64,000 nucleotides of DNA. It comes from an uncultured Acidobacteriaceae bacterium (lineage in GTDB: Bacteria > Acidobacteriota > Terriglobia > Terriglobales > Acidobacteriaceae). The translations under genes and the position numbers were made by a program. A model generated the notes under the pieces. The model was given only the letters and a program-made list of their open reading frames with translations, did no database searches and had not been told where the DNA came from. The stretch is taken from assembly GCA_963764735.1 (NCBI GenBank), contig CAVXTS010000002.1:1663082-1727081 (forward strand), in the 5' to 3' direction. This document shows positions 17,331 through 27,745 of this stretch, piece after piece (positions within the stretch are counted from its first letter, which is position 1; each line of letters begins with the position of its first letter).

Positions 17331-17489
17331 CTAGGAATCGCGGAAGCCGGCGCTCACAGCGATCTTATGGCGTCCCTTGGCACGCCGGCGGCTCAGCACT
17401 GCGGCGCCTGCCTTGGTCTTCATCCGGGTCAGAAACCCGTGGGTCTTCGCGCGATGGCGGCGGTTCGGCTGGAAGGTGCGCTTGGGCAT
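17331..17489 (-). CDS. rpmH: 50S ribosomal protein L34
   Basis: Not in the ORF track because it is under 60 aa. Hand translation of the reverse strand gives [52 protein letters not shown]. Confidence 0.95.
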   Translation of the reverse strand: MPKRTFQPNRRHRAKTHGFLTRMKTKAGAAVLSRRRAKGRHKIAVSAGFRDS

Positions 17490-17988
17490 TTGATTCGACT
17501 CCTGCTTAATCTATTTGCGAGTTGCAGCAGTCTTTCAGTATATCTCAAATCCCTGCCAAAACCCAAGGCGGAGCCGCGATGGACACTGGCGGTCGAGCTT
17601 CAACTGAGCGTCTCAAATTGGCGCGGAGCCATGGAGTTGATGCGACCCGATCGAACTTCACAAGGAATGGTGCAATAAAAATTTTTGTGTCCAGATCACT
17701 TGAAAGTGACTTGGTTTTCCGTGCTACTATCAAACCCGCTTACCAAAGACGAATTTCCATTCATTGGGTCTCGCACTTTGGTTCACGTTGTAGTTTCTCT
17801 TCGCCATGGGGTCGCTCAAAACCAGCGCGAAGGTCTCCAGCAACCAGTCTTGATCTCAGCCGCCTCTGGCCGGTAGGGGATTCTGTTGCCATTGCAGTTA
17901 AGAAACGCTTCCTTTTTGCCTTTCGGGCCGGGACCGCCATCTCGAACTCAGAAAAACTTGGAATCAAATCCAAGAAGGAATTAAAAGC

Positions 17989-19407
17989 ATGTCATTTGTC
18001 CCCACGGCGACCGCCGTACTGAACTACTGGGTCCGCATCCTGGCGGCGCTTGAGAAGAAGATCAATCGTCAGTCGTTTGAGACCTGGTTAAAGCCGACCA
18101 GGTTTTCGCACATCCAGGGTAGGACCCTCTATGTGCGCATCCCGTCCTCGGAGTTCCAGGATGTCTGCGAGAAATACACCGACCTCATCCAGGAAGCCAT
18201 CGATAACCTCGGCATCGATATTGAGACGGTGACCTTTACCACTCCACAGCAGGACCCCTCCGCGCCCCGCTTGCGCGAAGACGGAGGATTTGCACCCGTC
18301 CCCAGTCATAACTCCAACGCGCCAGTCTCGCACCGCACCTCCGGCTTGCCCGCCCCTGCGCCCGAGCAGTCGCGCTTCGACTGGAACACCGCCTCCCAAT
18401 TGAATCCACGCTATCAGTTCGATGCGTTCGTCATTGGCAGCGGGAACCAATTTGCAATGGCTGCATCCCAGGCGGTTGCAGAGCGCCCGTCCAAGGCCTA
18501 CAACCCACTCTTTCTCTACGGCGGCGTGGGTATGGGCAAGACCCATCTGCTGCATGCAATTGGACACGACGTGAAACGCCGTCAACCCCACGCATCCATC
18601 TGCTATGTCTCGGGCGAAAAATTCATGAACGAGATGGTGGACTGTGTCCGCTATCAGAAGATGACCAGTTTCCGCGACAAGTTCCGCAACGTGGATGTGT
18701 TGCTCATCGACGACATCCAGTTTCTTGCCGGCAAAGAGCGTACCCAGGAGGAGTTCTTCCATACCTTCAACACGCTGCACGAGAGCATGAAGCAGATCGT
18801 CATCGCCTCGGACCGCCCGCCCAAGGAACTGGCTGAGTTTGAGGACCGCCTCCGCTCGCGTTTCGAGTGGGGCCTGATCGCCGACATCCAGCCCCCCGAT
18901 CTCGAAACCAAAGTTGCCATTCTGCAGAAAAAGGCTGAGTCGGAGCAGACTCAACTTCCTACCGACGTCGCTCTCTTCATCGCGAGCAACGTACGAACCA
19001 ACGTCCGCGAATTGGAAGGCGCTCTAGTCCGCCTCATCGCCTGGTGCTCCATGCACGGCGTCGAGATCACGCTCGCGGTCACCCAGCAGTGCCTCAAGCA
19101 GTTCATCGACACCCAGGTCCGCAAGATCAGCATCGATCTCATCCAAAAGACCGTGGCCGAACAGTTCGGCATGCGCGTCGCCGAACTGAAGCAGAAAAAC
19201 AACTCGCGGCAGATTGTCGTCCCCCGCCAGATTGCCATGTACCTGGCCAAACAGCTCACGGATGCGTCGCTGCCCGAGATCGGCCGTCAGTTTGGCAACA
19301 AGCATCACACCACCGTGATGCACTCCATCGCAAAAATCGACGAACATCGTCGCGCCGACAAGGATATGAACCGCACAATCAACAAGTTGATGGAAACACT
19401 CAGCTAG
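17989..19407 (+). CDS. dnaA: chromosomal replication initiator DnaA
   Basis: 472 aa. Walker A is GGVGMGKTHLL, Walker B is LLIDDIQFL, with VRELEGAL and the C-terminal DNA-binding helix KHHTTVMHSIAKI. Confidence 0.97.
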   Translation: MSFVPTATAVLNYWVRILAALEKKINRQSFETWLKPTRFSHIQGRTLYVRIPSSEFQDVCEKYTDLIQEAIDNLGIDIETVTFTTPQQDPSAPRLREDGGFAPVPSHNSNAPVSHRTSGLPAPAPEQSRFDWNTASQLNPRYQFDAFVIGSGNQFAMAASQAVAERPSKAYNPLFLYGGVGMGKTHLLHAIGHDVKRRQPHASICYVSGEKFMNEMVDCVRYQKMTSFRDKFRNVDVLLIDDIQFLAGKERTQEEFFHTFNTLHESMKQIVIASDRPPKELAEFEDRLRSRFEWGLIADIQPPDLETKVAILQKKAESEQTQLPTDVALFIASNVRTNVRELEGALVRLIAWCSMHGVEITLAVTQQCLKQFIDTQVRKISIDLIQKTVAEQFGMRVAELKQKNNSRQIVVPRQIAMYLAKQLTDASLPEIGRQFGNKHHTTVMHSIAKIDEHRRADKDMNRTINKLMETLS

Positions 19408-19502
19408 GGCGAGTTCTCCACAGCCGGAGCAAGCAACCCACCTGGCCAACTTGGTGTACCATACCGGCATCCAAACACTCATCCCAGCACAGGAGCAAAC
19501 GC

Positions 19503-19700
19503 ATGATCTACTCGACGACTCGCACAGACGAAGCGATGCGCAAGGGCGCGGTAGAACACGACGCTTTATACGCCGACTGTGGCCCGGGACATAATTCCTT
19601 CTCCGGGCAACTCGGACACCGCGACCAGGACGAGATGCTGAAGGACAACGATACCGATTTTCCCGAACCGGACGCTTTCGGGGAACATACCGGCCGGTAA
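19503..19700 (+). CDS. small acidic hypothetical protein (65 aa)
   Basis: ATG 19503 has AGGAG 7 nt upstream. Translation is MIYSTTRTDEAMRKGAVEHDALYADCGPGHNSFSGQLGHRDQDEMLKDNDTDFPEPDAFGEHTGR*. The D-x-DFPEP...EH(S/T)G tail resembles small conserved proteins I recall from soil bacteria. It is only the tail of the artefactual ORF 19044..19700. Confidence 0.4.
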   Translation: MIYSTTRTDEAMRKGAVEHDALYADCGPGHNSFSGQLGHRDQDEMLKDNDTDFPEPDAFGEHTGR

Positions 19701-19939
19701 GAAGGTTGGCTCTGACGCTTTGGCTTCCCCCGAGGCACGAGGTGCAGCGTCCGCAGTCGCGTTCGGCCCGAAAACTCCGCTTAGGTCAGGGTCACCCCCC
19801 TCTCGATTGAAGTGCGCCCCTCTGCTTCTTCCCCCCAAAGCGTTCTATCTAAGCGCTCACGGGTCAGGTTTGTGACCATAGTCACAACCTATGACATCGA
19901 AAACTGGTATAAGCTTTGTTCGTAGGGAAAGATACCATC

Positions 19940-20569
19940 ATGGAAGATGTCACCCAGGCAGCCCAGACAATTGCGAAATTCCTTCAGGCATTTACCCTGA
20001 GCAGCGGGCTGCGGCTCCGTTTTCGCGTGAAGGTGCGCGGGGTGAAGTCGACCGACGGCAAAAGTGAATCCTCCGGAGCCTCAGAGGTCGCGTCCTCGGC
20101 TGCGGGAGGCGGGGAGAACGACAGTCTACGCACCCTGTTCGTCGAGTTCACTGGCCCGGATACTTCCCTGTTGACGGCGCACAACGGCGAGGTGCTGAAT
20201 GCACTCGAGCATATCGCGACCAAGATCCTGCGGCTGGAACCGGAGTTGCACGATCAGGTGTCGTTCGACGCAGACCACTACAAAGCCAACCGCGAGCGTC
20301 GATTGAGAGAAGCTGCGGCCGCGGCGGTCGAGAGCGTGCGGACTACCGGACGGCCGCACCCGTTCCCGGCCATGACCTCGCGGGAACGGCGCATGCTCCA
20401 CCTGATTCTCAGCGAATCGGGCCTGCCTACCGCTTCGAGTGGCGAAGGGCCTGGGCGCTTTGTCGTGCTCTATCCCGCCGGGACCGACGCATCCGACCCA
20501 CAGGCCGCGGCGGAGCCTTCGCGCCCTCGCGACGCGAGTCACATCCGCGCAGCCTTCCGCCATCGGTAG
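19940..20569 (+). CDS. jag: Jag/KhpB-type RNA-binding protein (KH + R3H domains)
   Basis: ORF trimmed to ATG 19940. It has a KH-like core (LFVEFTGPDTSLLTAHNGEVLNALEHIA) and an R3H region (MTSRERRMLHLILSESGLPTASSGEGPGRFVVLYP). Confidence 0.85.
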   Translation: MEDVTQAAQTIAKFLQAFTLSSGLRLRFRVKVRGVKSTDGKSESSGASEVASSAAGGGENDSLRTLFVEFTGPDTSLLTAHNGEVLNALEHIATKILRLEPELHDQVSFDADHYKANRERRLREAAAAAVESVRTTGRPHPFPAMTSRERRMLHLILSESGLPTASSGEGPGRFVVLYPAGTDASDPQAAAEPSRPRDASHIRAAFRHR

Positions 20570-20631
20570 CACCGCGGCCGGCTTCTCCTCTTGACAACTC
20601 GAGGCATTTGCCTCAGCCGTTTCGCCGGCAG

Positions 20632-23600
20632 TTAATCCAAACTCAGCGATTCCAGAAAGCTGCGCGTCTCGGCGAGGACGTCCGCTGCTTTGGCCGACGT
20701 CAGCGGCCAGCGCAAGACGCCCTGCGGCGTGAATTGCGCGCCGCGTTTCGCGTTGCGGGAGACCAGCTTCATCATTGCCACCGGGTCCACGAGCGTTTGG
20801 GTTGGGCCGCCTCCGTTCGCTTGCTGGGAGGTGTCAGCAGCAGCGGCGGCGAAGCGGATGTGCAACATTTCAACGAATTGCTTCAGCGGCTGCTTTCGGT
20901 TGCCATTGGGGTTGGGCAGCTCGATCTGGGTACGTTTGCGATCGAGTTGGGCAATGCCCAGGCGCTCGCAGCGCAGCCGCAGTTCGCCCGCCGCCAGCAG
21001 GTTGAGGACTGATTCGGGAGGATTCCCGTACCGATCTTTCAGTTCCGCCAAAACGTCGTCAAGATCGGCCCGGGTTTCGGCACCTGCGATCCTCTTGTAC
21101 ATCCGCAGCCGCTGGTTCTCCTCCGGTATGTAGCTCGCGTCGATGCGCACGGAAATGCCGAGGTTGATGGAAGTGCCCGCGTGTGCCGGTTTCTCCTCCT
21201 CACCTTTCATTTTGCGGACCGCTTCTTCCAACATCGAGGTGTACATCTCGAAACCGACCGCCTCAATGTGGCCGGACTGCTCGCCGCCGAGCATGTTGCC
21301 GGCGCCGCGGAGTTCCAGGTCCAGCGCGGCAATCTTGAATCCCGCGCCCAAGTCGGAAAACTCCTTCAACGCTGCCAGACGGCGGCGGGCGGTCTCCGTC
21401 AGTTCGGTTTCGGGCGGAATCAACAGGTACGCGTAGGCGCGGCGGTTGGATCGGCCCACGCGGCCCCTGAGTTGGTACAGCTCCGACAATCCGTGGCGGT
21501 CGGCGCGGTTGACGATGATGGTGTTGGCGAGTGGGATATCAAGGCCGTTTTCGATGATGCTGGTCGCCACCAGTACGTCGTACTCATGGTTCATAAAGGC
21601 GAGCATGACGCGTTCCAGCTCAGCCTCAGGCAGTTGTCCATGCCCGACGACAATGCGGGCCTGTGGCACAAGTTCTCGAATCTTGGCAGCCAACTCATAG
21701 ATGGTTTCCACGCGGTTGTGGACAAAATAGGTTTGGCCGCCGCGCTCCAGTTCAATCTCGATCGCCGTGCGTACCAGCTTCTCATCGAACTTCGCGACGA
21801 TGGTCTGAATCGCCATGCGGTCCTTCGGCGGCGTCTCGATGATCGACATATCCCGCAGACCCACCAACGACATGTGCAGCGTTCGCGGGATAGGTGTCGC
21901 TGACATGGCCAGCACATCGATCGCCGCACGCATCTTTTTCAGGCGCTCCTTGTGGCGTACGCCAAAGCGTTGCTCTTCGTCAACGACGAGCAAACCGAGG
22001 TCCTGAAATTTGAGATCCTTGGATAGTACGCGATGGGTCCCGATTAGAATGTCGATCTTGCCAGAGGCTGCCTTCTCCAGAATGTCCTTCTGCTCCTTCG
22101 CACTGCGAAAACGGGAAATCATTTCGACATTCACCGGAAAGTTGGCGAAGCGGCGCTTGAACGACTCGTAGTGCTGGAAGGCGAGGACCGTGGTCGGGGT
22201 CAGAACGGCAGCCTGCTTTCCATCCTGCACCGCCTTGAATGCAGCACGCATCGCCACTTCAGTCTTGCCGTAGCCCACGTCGCCGCACAGCAGGCGGTCC
22301 ATTGGTTGCGGCGACTCCATGTCATGCTTGATGTCGGCGATGGCGGTGACCTGATCGTCGGTCTCGTTGAAGTCGAAGGCATCCTCGAACTCGCGCTGCA
22401 TGTTGGTGTCGGGCGAGAAAGCCGTGCCGACGGCAGCCTTGCGCTGCGCATAAAGCTGGAGTAGCTCTCCGCTCATATCGGCCATCGCCTTCTTGACGCG
22501 CGCCTTGGTCTTTTGCCAGGCCTGAGTGCCAAGCTTGTTCAGCTGTGGCGCTGGTCCCGTATCCGTGGACCGGTATTTCTGGATCAGGTCGAGCCGCGTC
22601 AGGGGGACGTAAAGCTTGGTCTCCTCGGCAAATTCAAGAATCATCAGCTCAAGCGGCGGCTGGTCGGGCTCTTCGATAACGCGAAGACCGCAATACCGGG
22701 CAATTCCATGTTCCACGTGGACCACGTAATCGCCCACAGCCAGATCGCGAAAGTCTGAGACGAAGGCGGCTGTTTTCGATTTGCTGCGGGAGATTGGCCG
22801 CGCCAGGACGTCGGCTTCATCGCTCAGGTCCTGCGCCCCGAATAGAACCAATTGACGGGCAGTGGCGCGACCATCGGCATCGCGCAGATCCAGCACCTGC
22901 ACGCCATTGGCGATCGCCGTCCTAACGACCACTGGCGTCCTCAGATCGCCGGCAAGATAACTCGATTCAGAATAGACGTTGGAGCTGCCCGGGGCCTGGG
23001 TCCGCGAACCGAGACGGTACGGGACTTGATACTCCTGCAACAGGCCGGCAAGCCGCTCAACCTCTCCCTGGTTCGGAGCGGTTATTAGGACCCGGGCGTC
23101 CTGGCCCATCAACCCGTTAATCGTCTCGACCAGCGCAGGAATGGACCCATGAAAACGCTGCGTTGGCCGAGTAGAAAAGTCAATCTCGGATAGGTCGCTG
23201 CGGTCGGCGTCCAGAACATCGACCGCGCCGAGTTGGTCGAATTCGATGCCGGAGAATTTGCGCAGCGCGTCGTGGAACTCCCACGGAGACACGTAAATGT
23301 CTTCAGGGCGCACCAGCGAGCCGATGCCGGAGCGGTCATGGCGTTGCTCGACCTTGCTCCACCAGCGCTCGCCCTGATTCTTCACCATGGCGGGCTCGTC
23401 CAGAAATGCCCGCGTGGTCGGCCCCAGCAGGTCAAGGAGCGTAATGTGCGCCTGTGCAGCGGCGGCCGCAACCGGCGCGAAGAACTCCCACCCGGGAAAA
23501 ACCGTCGCGTCCCCGGTACGGGTCGCGACGTGGGTGCGGAGTTCGGAGGGTTCTTCGCCGCCTTCCAGTTGCGCGCCGGGAAGGCCTGACCGCGTAAGCC

Positions 23601-24357
23601 GCGCGTTGATGGCGCTAAGGATGTTCTCGGTGACCGGGGTCTCCGTCAGCGGCAGCAGGAGTGCCTCGTCCAGTGTCGAAGCCGAGCGCTGGGTGTCGGG
23701 ATCGAAGCGCCGAATAGACTCCACCTCGTCACCAAAGAAGTCAACCCGGACCGGCCGGTCCATCTCCGGAGAGTAGACGTCCAGGATGCCGCCGCGCAGC
23801 GTGACCTGGCCGGGCATCTCGACCACATCGACCTGGGTGTAGCCAACTGTGAGCAGATGCTCAACCAGCATGTCCGGCAGATACTCTTCACCCCGCTTCA
23901 GATGCAGCGCAAGCGCAGCGTAATGGTCCCTCGGAAACAGCCGCATGCAGGCCGCTTCGATTGGCGCGATCACCAGGCGGGACGTGCCAGTGGCGATTTT
24001 CCAGAGCGTCGAGGCCCGCGTTTCCTGTATCTCTGGGTGTGGCGACAGGTTCTCAAATGGCAGCACATCGTGCGCCGGGAAGCGCAGGACCGACTCGGCA
24101 GAAAGGGCGCCGGTCAGTTCACAGGCGGAGAGGACGGCCGCGTGCAGGGCCTCGGCCGCCTTGTTGTCGGCGACCAGGATCAGGCAGGGAGCATTGGCAG
24201 CCCGGACAAAAAACGGAAGGTAGAGGGCGCGGGCGGTAAATGTGAGCCCGGACACACGTCTTCGCCCCGCGTCTCCGCTAAGATGGCGGCGTACGCGCTC
24301 GAAAGGGACAGAGTTCTCCAGATCCGCGAGCAATTCACGGACGAACGGCAGAATCAT
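20632..24357 (-). CDS. mfd: transcription-repair coupling factor Mfd
   Basis: 1241 aa. It has a UvrB-homology N-terminus, a CarD-like domain (DLAVGDYVVHVEHGIARY), SF2 helicase motifs GDVGYGKTEVA and VVDEEQRFGV, and a TRG-type translocation region. Confidence 0.97.
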   Translation of the reverse strand: MILPFVRELLADLENSVPFERVRRHLSGDAGRRRVSGLTFTARALYLPFFVRAANAPCLILVADNKAAEALHAAVLSACELTGALSAESVLRFPAHDVLPFENLSPHPEIQETRASTLWKIATGTSRLVIAPIEAACMRLFPRDHYAALALHLKRGEEYLPDMLVEHLLTVGYTQVDVVEMPGQVTLRGGILDVYSPEMDRPVRVDFFGDEVESIRRFDPDTQRSASTLDEALLLPLTETPVTENILSAINARLTRSGLPGAQLEGGEEPSELRTHVATRTGDATVFPGWEFFAPVAAAAAQAHITLLDLLGPTTRAFLDEPAMVKNQGERWWSKVEQRHDRSGIGSLVRPEDIYVSPWEFHDALRKFSGIEFDQLGAVDVLDADRSDLSEIDFSTRPTQRFHGSIPALVETINGLMGQDARVLITAPNQGEVERLAGLLQEYQVPYRLGSRTQAPGSSNVYSESSYLAGDLRTPVVVRTAIANGVQVLDLRDADGRATARQLVLFGAQDLSDEADVLARPISRSKSKTAAFVSDFRDLAVGDYVVHVEHGIARYCGLRVIEEPDQPPLELMILEFAEETKLYVPLTRLDLIQKYRSTDTGPAPQLNKLGTQAWQKTKARVKKAMADMSGELLQLYAQRKAAVGTAFSPDTNMQREFEDAFDFNETDDQVTAIADIKHDMESPQPMDRLLCGDVGYGKTEVAMRAAFKAVQDGKQAAVLTPTTVLAFQHYESFKRRFANFPVNVEMISRFRSAKEQKDILEKAASGKIDILIGTHRVLSKDLKFQDLGLLVVDEEQRFGVRHKERLKKMRAAIDVLAMSATPIPRTLHMSLVGLRDMSIIETPPKDRMAIQTIVAKFDEKLVRTAIEIELERGGQTYFVHNRVETIYELAAKIRELVPQARIVVGHGQLPEAELERVMLAFMNHEYDVLVATSIIENGLDIPLANTIIVNRADRHGLSELYQLRGRVGRSNRRAYAYLLIPPETELTETARRRLAALKEFSDLGAGFKIAALDLELRGAGNMLGGEQSGHIEAVGFEMYTSMLEEAVRKMKGEEEKPAHAGTSINLGISVRIDASYIPEENQRLRMYKRIAGAETRADLDDVLAELKDRYGNPPESVLNLLAAGELRLRCERLGIAQLDRKRTQIELPNPNGNRKQPLKQFVEMLHIRFAAAAADTSQQANGGGPTQTLVDPVAMMKLVSRNAKRGAQFTPQGVLRWPLTSAKAADVLAETRSFLESLSLD

Positions 24358-24501
24358 GCTGATTCAAGTTTAGATGAGTCGGGTATTCTCGCCCTATGGG
24401 TTTGGAGTAGTATCTGTGGCCTCAGGAAGATGGCGCGCGCCGCAGCCGTATGTTTTCGAGAGCCTGACTTGGTTGGAAGGAATTGCGATTAGGAGGATGA
24501 T

Positions 24502-25494
24502 ATGAGCATTTTGCACAAACGAGCGATCTTAGGGCTTCTCGCGGGTTCATTGGCCCTGCTTACCGGATGCACCCGGCACAGCAAGGACGAGCATTATTAT
24601 CTGATCGCAACCAACACCAAGGTTCCTTACTGGCAGACAGCCGCGTCAGGCTTTACCGGTGCCGCCGCAGCGTATGGAGTTACGGCTGAGATGCAGGGTC
24701 CCGACGGATTCGACCCGCAGGCCGAGGTACAGGCGTTTCGTTCCGCAGTTGCGAGCAAGCCCGCAGGGATCCTGGTATCCGTGGCCGACGCGAAGCTGAT
24801 GACGCCGGAGATTGATTCCGCTGTGGTGGCAGGAATTCCTGTGATCACTGTAGATTCGGACGCTCCGGAGAGCCATCGGCTCTACTTTATCGGCACCAAC
24901 AACCTGGAGGCGGGTAAGCTGGGCGGAAACCATCTGGCCACCGTGCTGAAAGGAAAAGGGAATGTTGTGTTTTTCACGAATCCCGGTCAACCCAACCTGG
25001 ACGAACGGCTAAAGGGCTATAAAGACGCCTTTTCCGGATATCCCGGGATCAAGATCGTCGACGTCTTCGACATCAAGGGCGATTCCGGCAACGCGATGGA
25101 TAAGGCGCGGGAGTACCTTGGGCGGACGGGCGCAGAGAAAATCGATGCGATGGTGTGCCTCGAATCCGCTTCGGGAAGAGACGTCGCCGAAGCGTTCAAG
25201 CGAGAAAATGCGACGGACCGCGTATTGATTGCAATGGATGTGGACCAGGGCACCCTGGATCTAGTGAAGGACGGAACTATCGATTCCACCATCGCCCAGA
25301 AACCTTACACAATGGGGCTCCTTGGCCTGAAGGCGCTGGACGACGTCTTTCACTATCCGGTCAAGTCCATGGGCGAGAACTACGGTCCGGACCCATTCGC
25401 CCCGTTCCCCGCGTTCATCGACACTGGCACTTCGCTGGTCGACAAAACCAATGTCGATGCGATCCTTGCCCGGGTACAGGCTGCCGCGAAGTAG
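24502..25494 (+). CDS. periplasmic sugar-binding lipoprotein (RbsB/LacI-type binding fold), no transporter genes adjacent
   Basis: The lipobox is LALLTGC. The type I periplasmic-binding-protein pattern is present (YYLIATNTKVPYWQ, GILVSVAD, VITVDSD, GKGNVVFF). Confidence 0.85.
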   Translation: MSILHKRAILGLLAGSLALLTGCTRHSKDEHYYLIATNTKVPYWQTAASGFTGAAAAYGVTAEMQGPDGFDPQAEVQAFRSAVASKPAGILVSVADAKLMTPEIDSAVVAGIPVITVDSDAPESHRLYFIGTNNLEAGKLGGNHLATVLKGKGNVVFFTNPGQPNLDERLKGYKDAFSGYPGIKIVDVFDIKGDSGNAMDKAREYLGRTGAEKIDAMVCLESASGRDVAEAFKRENATDRVLIAMDVDQGTLDLVKDGTIDSTIAQKPYTMGLLGLKALDDVFHYPVKSMGENYGPDPFAPFPAFIDTGTSLVDKTNVDAILARVQAAAK

Positions 25495-25564
25495 CGTCTA
25501 CACTGGCGCAGATAGATCCGCCGCCTGGCACCGGGGCTCCGTGTTGCTAGAATCAAGGGTGAAT

Positions 25565-27058
25565 ATGTCTACCATGACTGCACTTTCACCTGAGATTCTT
25601 GCCAAGTACCAGCCGGTCATCGGGCTCGAGGTCCACGTTCAGCTCCTTACCGAGTCGAAGGCCTTCTGCGGCTGCATGAACCGCTATGGCGGCGAGCCGA
25701 ATACGCACATTTGTCCAACCTGCCTTGGCCTGCCGGGAGCCCTGCCCGTGCTGAACCGCCGTGCCGTTGAGTTGGCGGTGCTGGCGTCGAAGGCAATCCA
25801 TTGCGAGATTCGCGAGATCAGCATTTTTTCGCGGAAGAACTACTTCTATCCCGATTCCCCAAAGGGATACCAAATCTCCCAGTTCGATCAGCCGCTCGCG
25901 GAACATGGCTGGATCGACGTCCCCGACGCCGCGGGCGCATCAAAGCGAGTCGGCATCACCCGATTGCACCTGGAGGAAGACGCGGGCAAGAGTCTCCACG
26001 ACGGCTTTGCCGACTCGGTCTCGCGAACCTACATTGACCTGAACCGCTGCGGCACGCCGCTGGTTGAAATCGTCAGCGAACCGGACATCCGCACTCCCGA
26101 CGAGGCGTTTGAGTACCTCACCCGGCTGAAGGAGATTCTGCTCTACACCGGCGTCAGCGATTGCAACATGGAAGAAGGCAGCCTGCGCTGCGATGCAAAC
26201 GTCAGCGTAATGCTGAAGGGCGCGGCCAAATTCGGCACCAAGGCCGAGGTCAAGAACGTCAACAGCTTCCGCTACATCCGAGCGGCTCTGGAGTATGAGA
26301 TTGAGCGCCAGATTGAGGTGCTCGAAAGCGGCAACCGAGTGGTACAGGAATCGCGGCTTTGGAACAATGCGGAGGGCCGCACCTTCTCCATGCGTTCCAA
26401 GGAACAAGCGCACGACTACCGTTACTTCCCTGAGCCGGATTTGCCACCCCTGGTCGTCGGTGCGACGTGGCAGCAAGAGATTCTGAAGGCCCTTCCCGAG
26501 CTTCCCGAAGCGCGACGCGAGCGCATGATCGCAGAATATGATATCGGCCAGCAGGACGCCATGACGCTGACAGCGACGCGCGCGTTTGCCGATCGCTTCG
26601 AGGCGGCGGCCAAGGCAGCGAAGAGTCCCCGGCGGGTGGTCTCGCTGATTACCAGCGAACTGACCGGGCGGCTCAAGGCTGCCGGGCTGGAACTGGAACA
26701 GTCGCCGGTTTCGCTCGCAGGGATTGTGATGGCGGCGGACCTGGCCGAGTCCGGCGACCTGTCCAGCAAGATGCTGAAGCAGTTGCTCGATACTTGCTTC
26801 GCCGAGGGCAAAGACTTCGCCGAAATCTACGAGCGCGACAAACCGCAGCAAATCTCTGACGCAGGCGCCATCGAGGCGATGATCGACGAAGTGATCGCAG
26901 CCAACCCGAAGCAGGTCGCCCAGTATATCGGCGGCAAAAAGACCGTCGCAGCATTCTTTGTCGGCAACGTGATGCGCCTCTCCAGGGGGCAGGCAAATCC
27001 CACGCTGCTCAATGAATTGGTCACGAAGAAACTCGACGCGAGCGGCAGCAGTTCCTAG
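25565..27058 (+). CDS. gatB: Asp-tRNA(Asn)/Glu-tRNA(Gln) amidotransferase subunit B
   Basis: ORF trimmed to ATG 25565. Signatures are YQPVIGLEVHVQLLT, NTHICPTCLGLPGALPVLN, GSLRCDANVS and a C-terminal GatB/YqeY domain. Confidence 0.96.
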   Translation: MSTMTALSPEILAKYQPVIGLEVHVQLLTESKAFCGCMNRYGGEPNTHICPTCLGLPGALPVLNRRAVELAVLASKAIHCEIREISIFSRKNYFYPDSPKGYQISQFDQPLAEHGWIDVPDAAGASKRVGITRLHLEEDAGKSLHDGFADSVSRTYIDLNRCGTPLVEIVSEPDIRTPDEAFEYLTRLKEILLYTGVSDCNMEEGSLRCDANVSVMLKGAAKFGTKAEVKNVNSFRYIRAALEYEIERQIEVLESGNRVVQESRLWNNAEGRTFSMRSKEQAHDYRYFPEPDLPPLVVGATWQQEILKALPELPEARRERMIAEYDIGQQDAMTLTATRAFADRFEAAAKAAKSPRRVVSLITSELTGRLKAAGLELEQSPVSLAGIVMAADLAESGDLSSKMLKQLLDTCFAEGKDFAEIYERDKPQQISDAGAIEAMIDEVIAANPKQVAQYIGGKKTVAAFFVGNVMRLSRGQANPTLLNELVTKKLDASGSSS

Positions 27059-27126
27059 ACGCCGAAGCAACGGCCGGTGCAACTGTCTCGCGGTTGCTGG
27101 CCTCCAAGCATTGATGGAGGCAAACC

Positions 27127-27369
27127 ATGGCAACCAAAAAAGCCGCAAAGAAGACGACTGGAAAGAAGTCCTCAAAGAAGAACTCGGGCCGCAAGTACAG
27201 TCCCTCCGCCAGCAAGGATGTCGAGCGAGAGATGAAAGCGCTGAAGCAAGGCAAATTGAAGAGCGGGCGAAGCGGCAAGAAGGTGACAAACCCGAAGCAG
27301 GCGATCGCGATTGGCCTATCCGAGGCGCGCAAAGCCGGCAAGAAGGTCCCGCCATCGAAGAAAAAGTAG
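27127..27369 (+). CDS. small lysine-rich protein (DUF6496-like)
   Basis: 80 aa. GKLKSGRSGKKVTNPKQAIAIGLSEARKAGKKV matches my recollection of the DUF6496 core. Confidence 0.7.
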   Translation: MATKKAAKKTTGKKSSKKNSGRKYSPSASKDVEREMKALKQGKLKSGRSGKKVTNPKQAIAIGLSEARKAGKKVPPSKKK

Positions 27370-27373
27370 CCGG

Positions 27374-27724
27374 CTACTTCTTCTCGGCGGTCGGCGCAGA
27401 GGGCGAGGTTGCCGCCGACGCGGTTGTCGATGCAGGCGTGCTGGCCCCCGAACTATCCCCTCCCGGGGGAGTGCTCGATGCGCTCGAAGAAGCAGGCGAC
27501 GGTCCGGCCCCGCTCTTGCTCCCGCTGTCTGAAGCCGCGGGCTTGGCGTTGCCGTAGCCGTCCTTGAACCAGCCGCCGCCCTTGAAGGCGATAGCAGGCG
27601 CCGAAATTACGCGCTCCAGAGGTCCGCTGCAGTAAGGGCATTCAGTGATCTCCGCATCGGAGAACTTCTGGATCTTCTCCGTATGGCGCTTGCACCGGGT
27701 GCACTCGTATTCGTAAAGCGGCAT
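27374..27724 (-). CDS. FmdB-family zinc-ribbon protein
   Basis: MPLYEYECTRCKRHTEKIQKFSDAEITECPYCSGPLERVIS is the CxxC...CxxC FmdB/TIGR02605 signature. It is followed by a Ser/Ala/Pro-rich tail. Confidence 0.85.
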   Translation of the reverse strand: MPLYEYECTRCKRHTEKIQKFSDAEITECPYCSGPLERVISAPAIAFKGGGWFKDGYGNAKPAASDSGSKSGAGPSPASSSASSTPPGGDSSGASTPASTTASAATSPSAPTAEKK

Positions 27725-27745
27725 GAATGGTCTCTCTTCGATTCG

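Noticed and set aside
17490-17988. rpmH-dnaA intergenic region as oriC
   Set aside because: I could not find any 9-mer within one mismatch of TTATCCACA by eye, nor an obvious AT-rich unwinding element. It is left as an open question, not a feature.
25940-27355. 471-aa minus-strand ORF opposite gatB and the DUF6496-like gene
   Set aside because: It is an antisense artefact with Arg/Ala/Leu-rich composition and no start context. The gatB frame has unmistakable family signatures.
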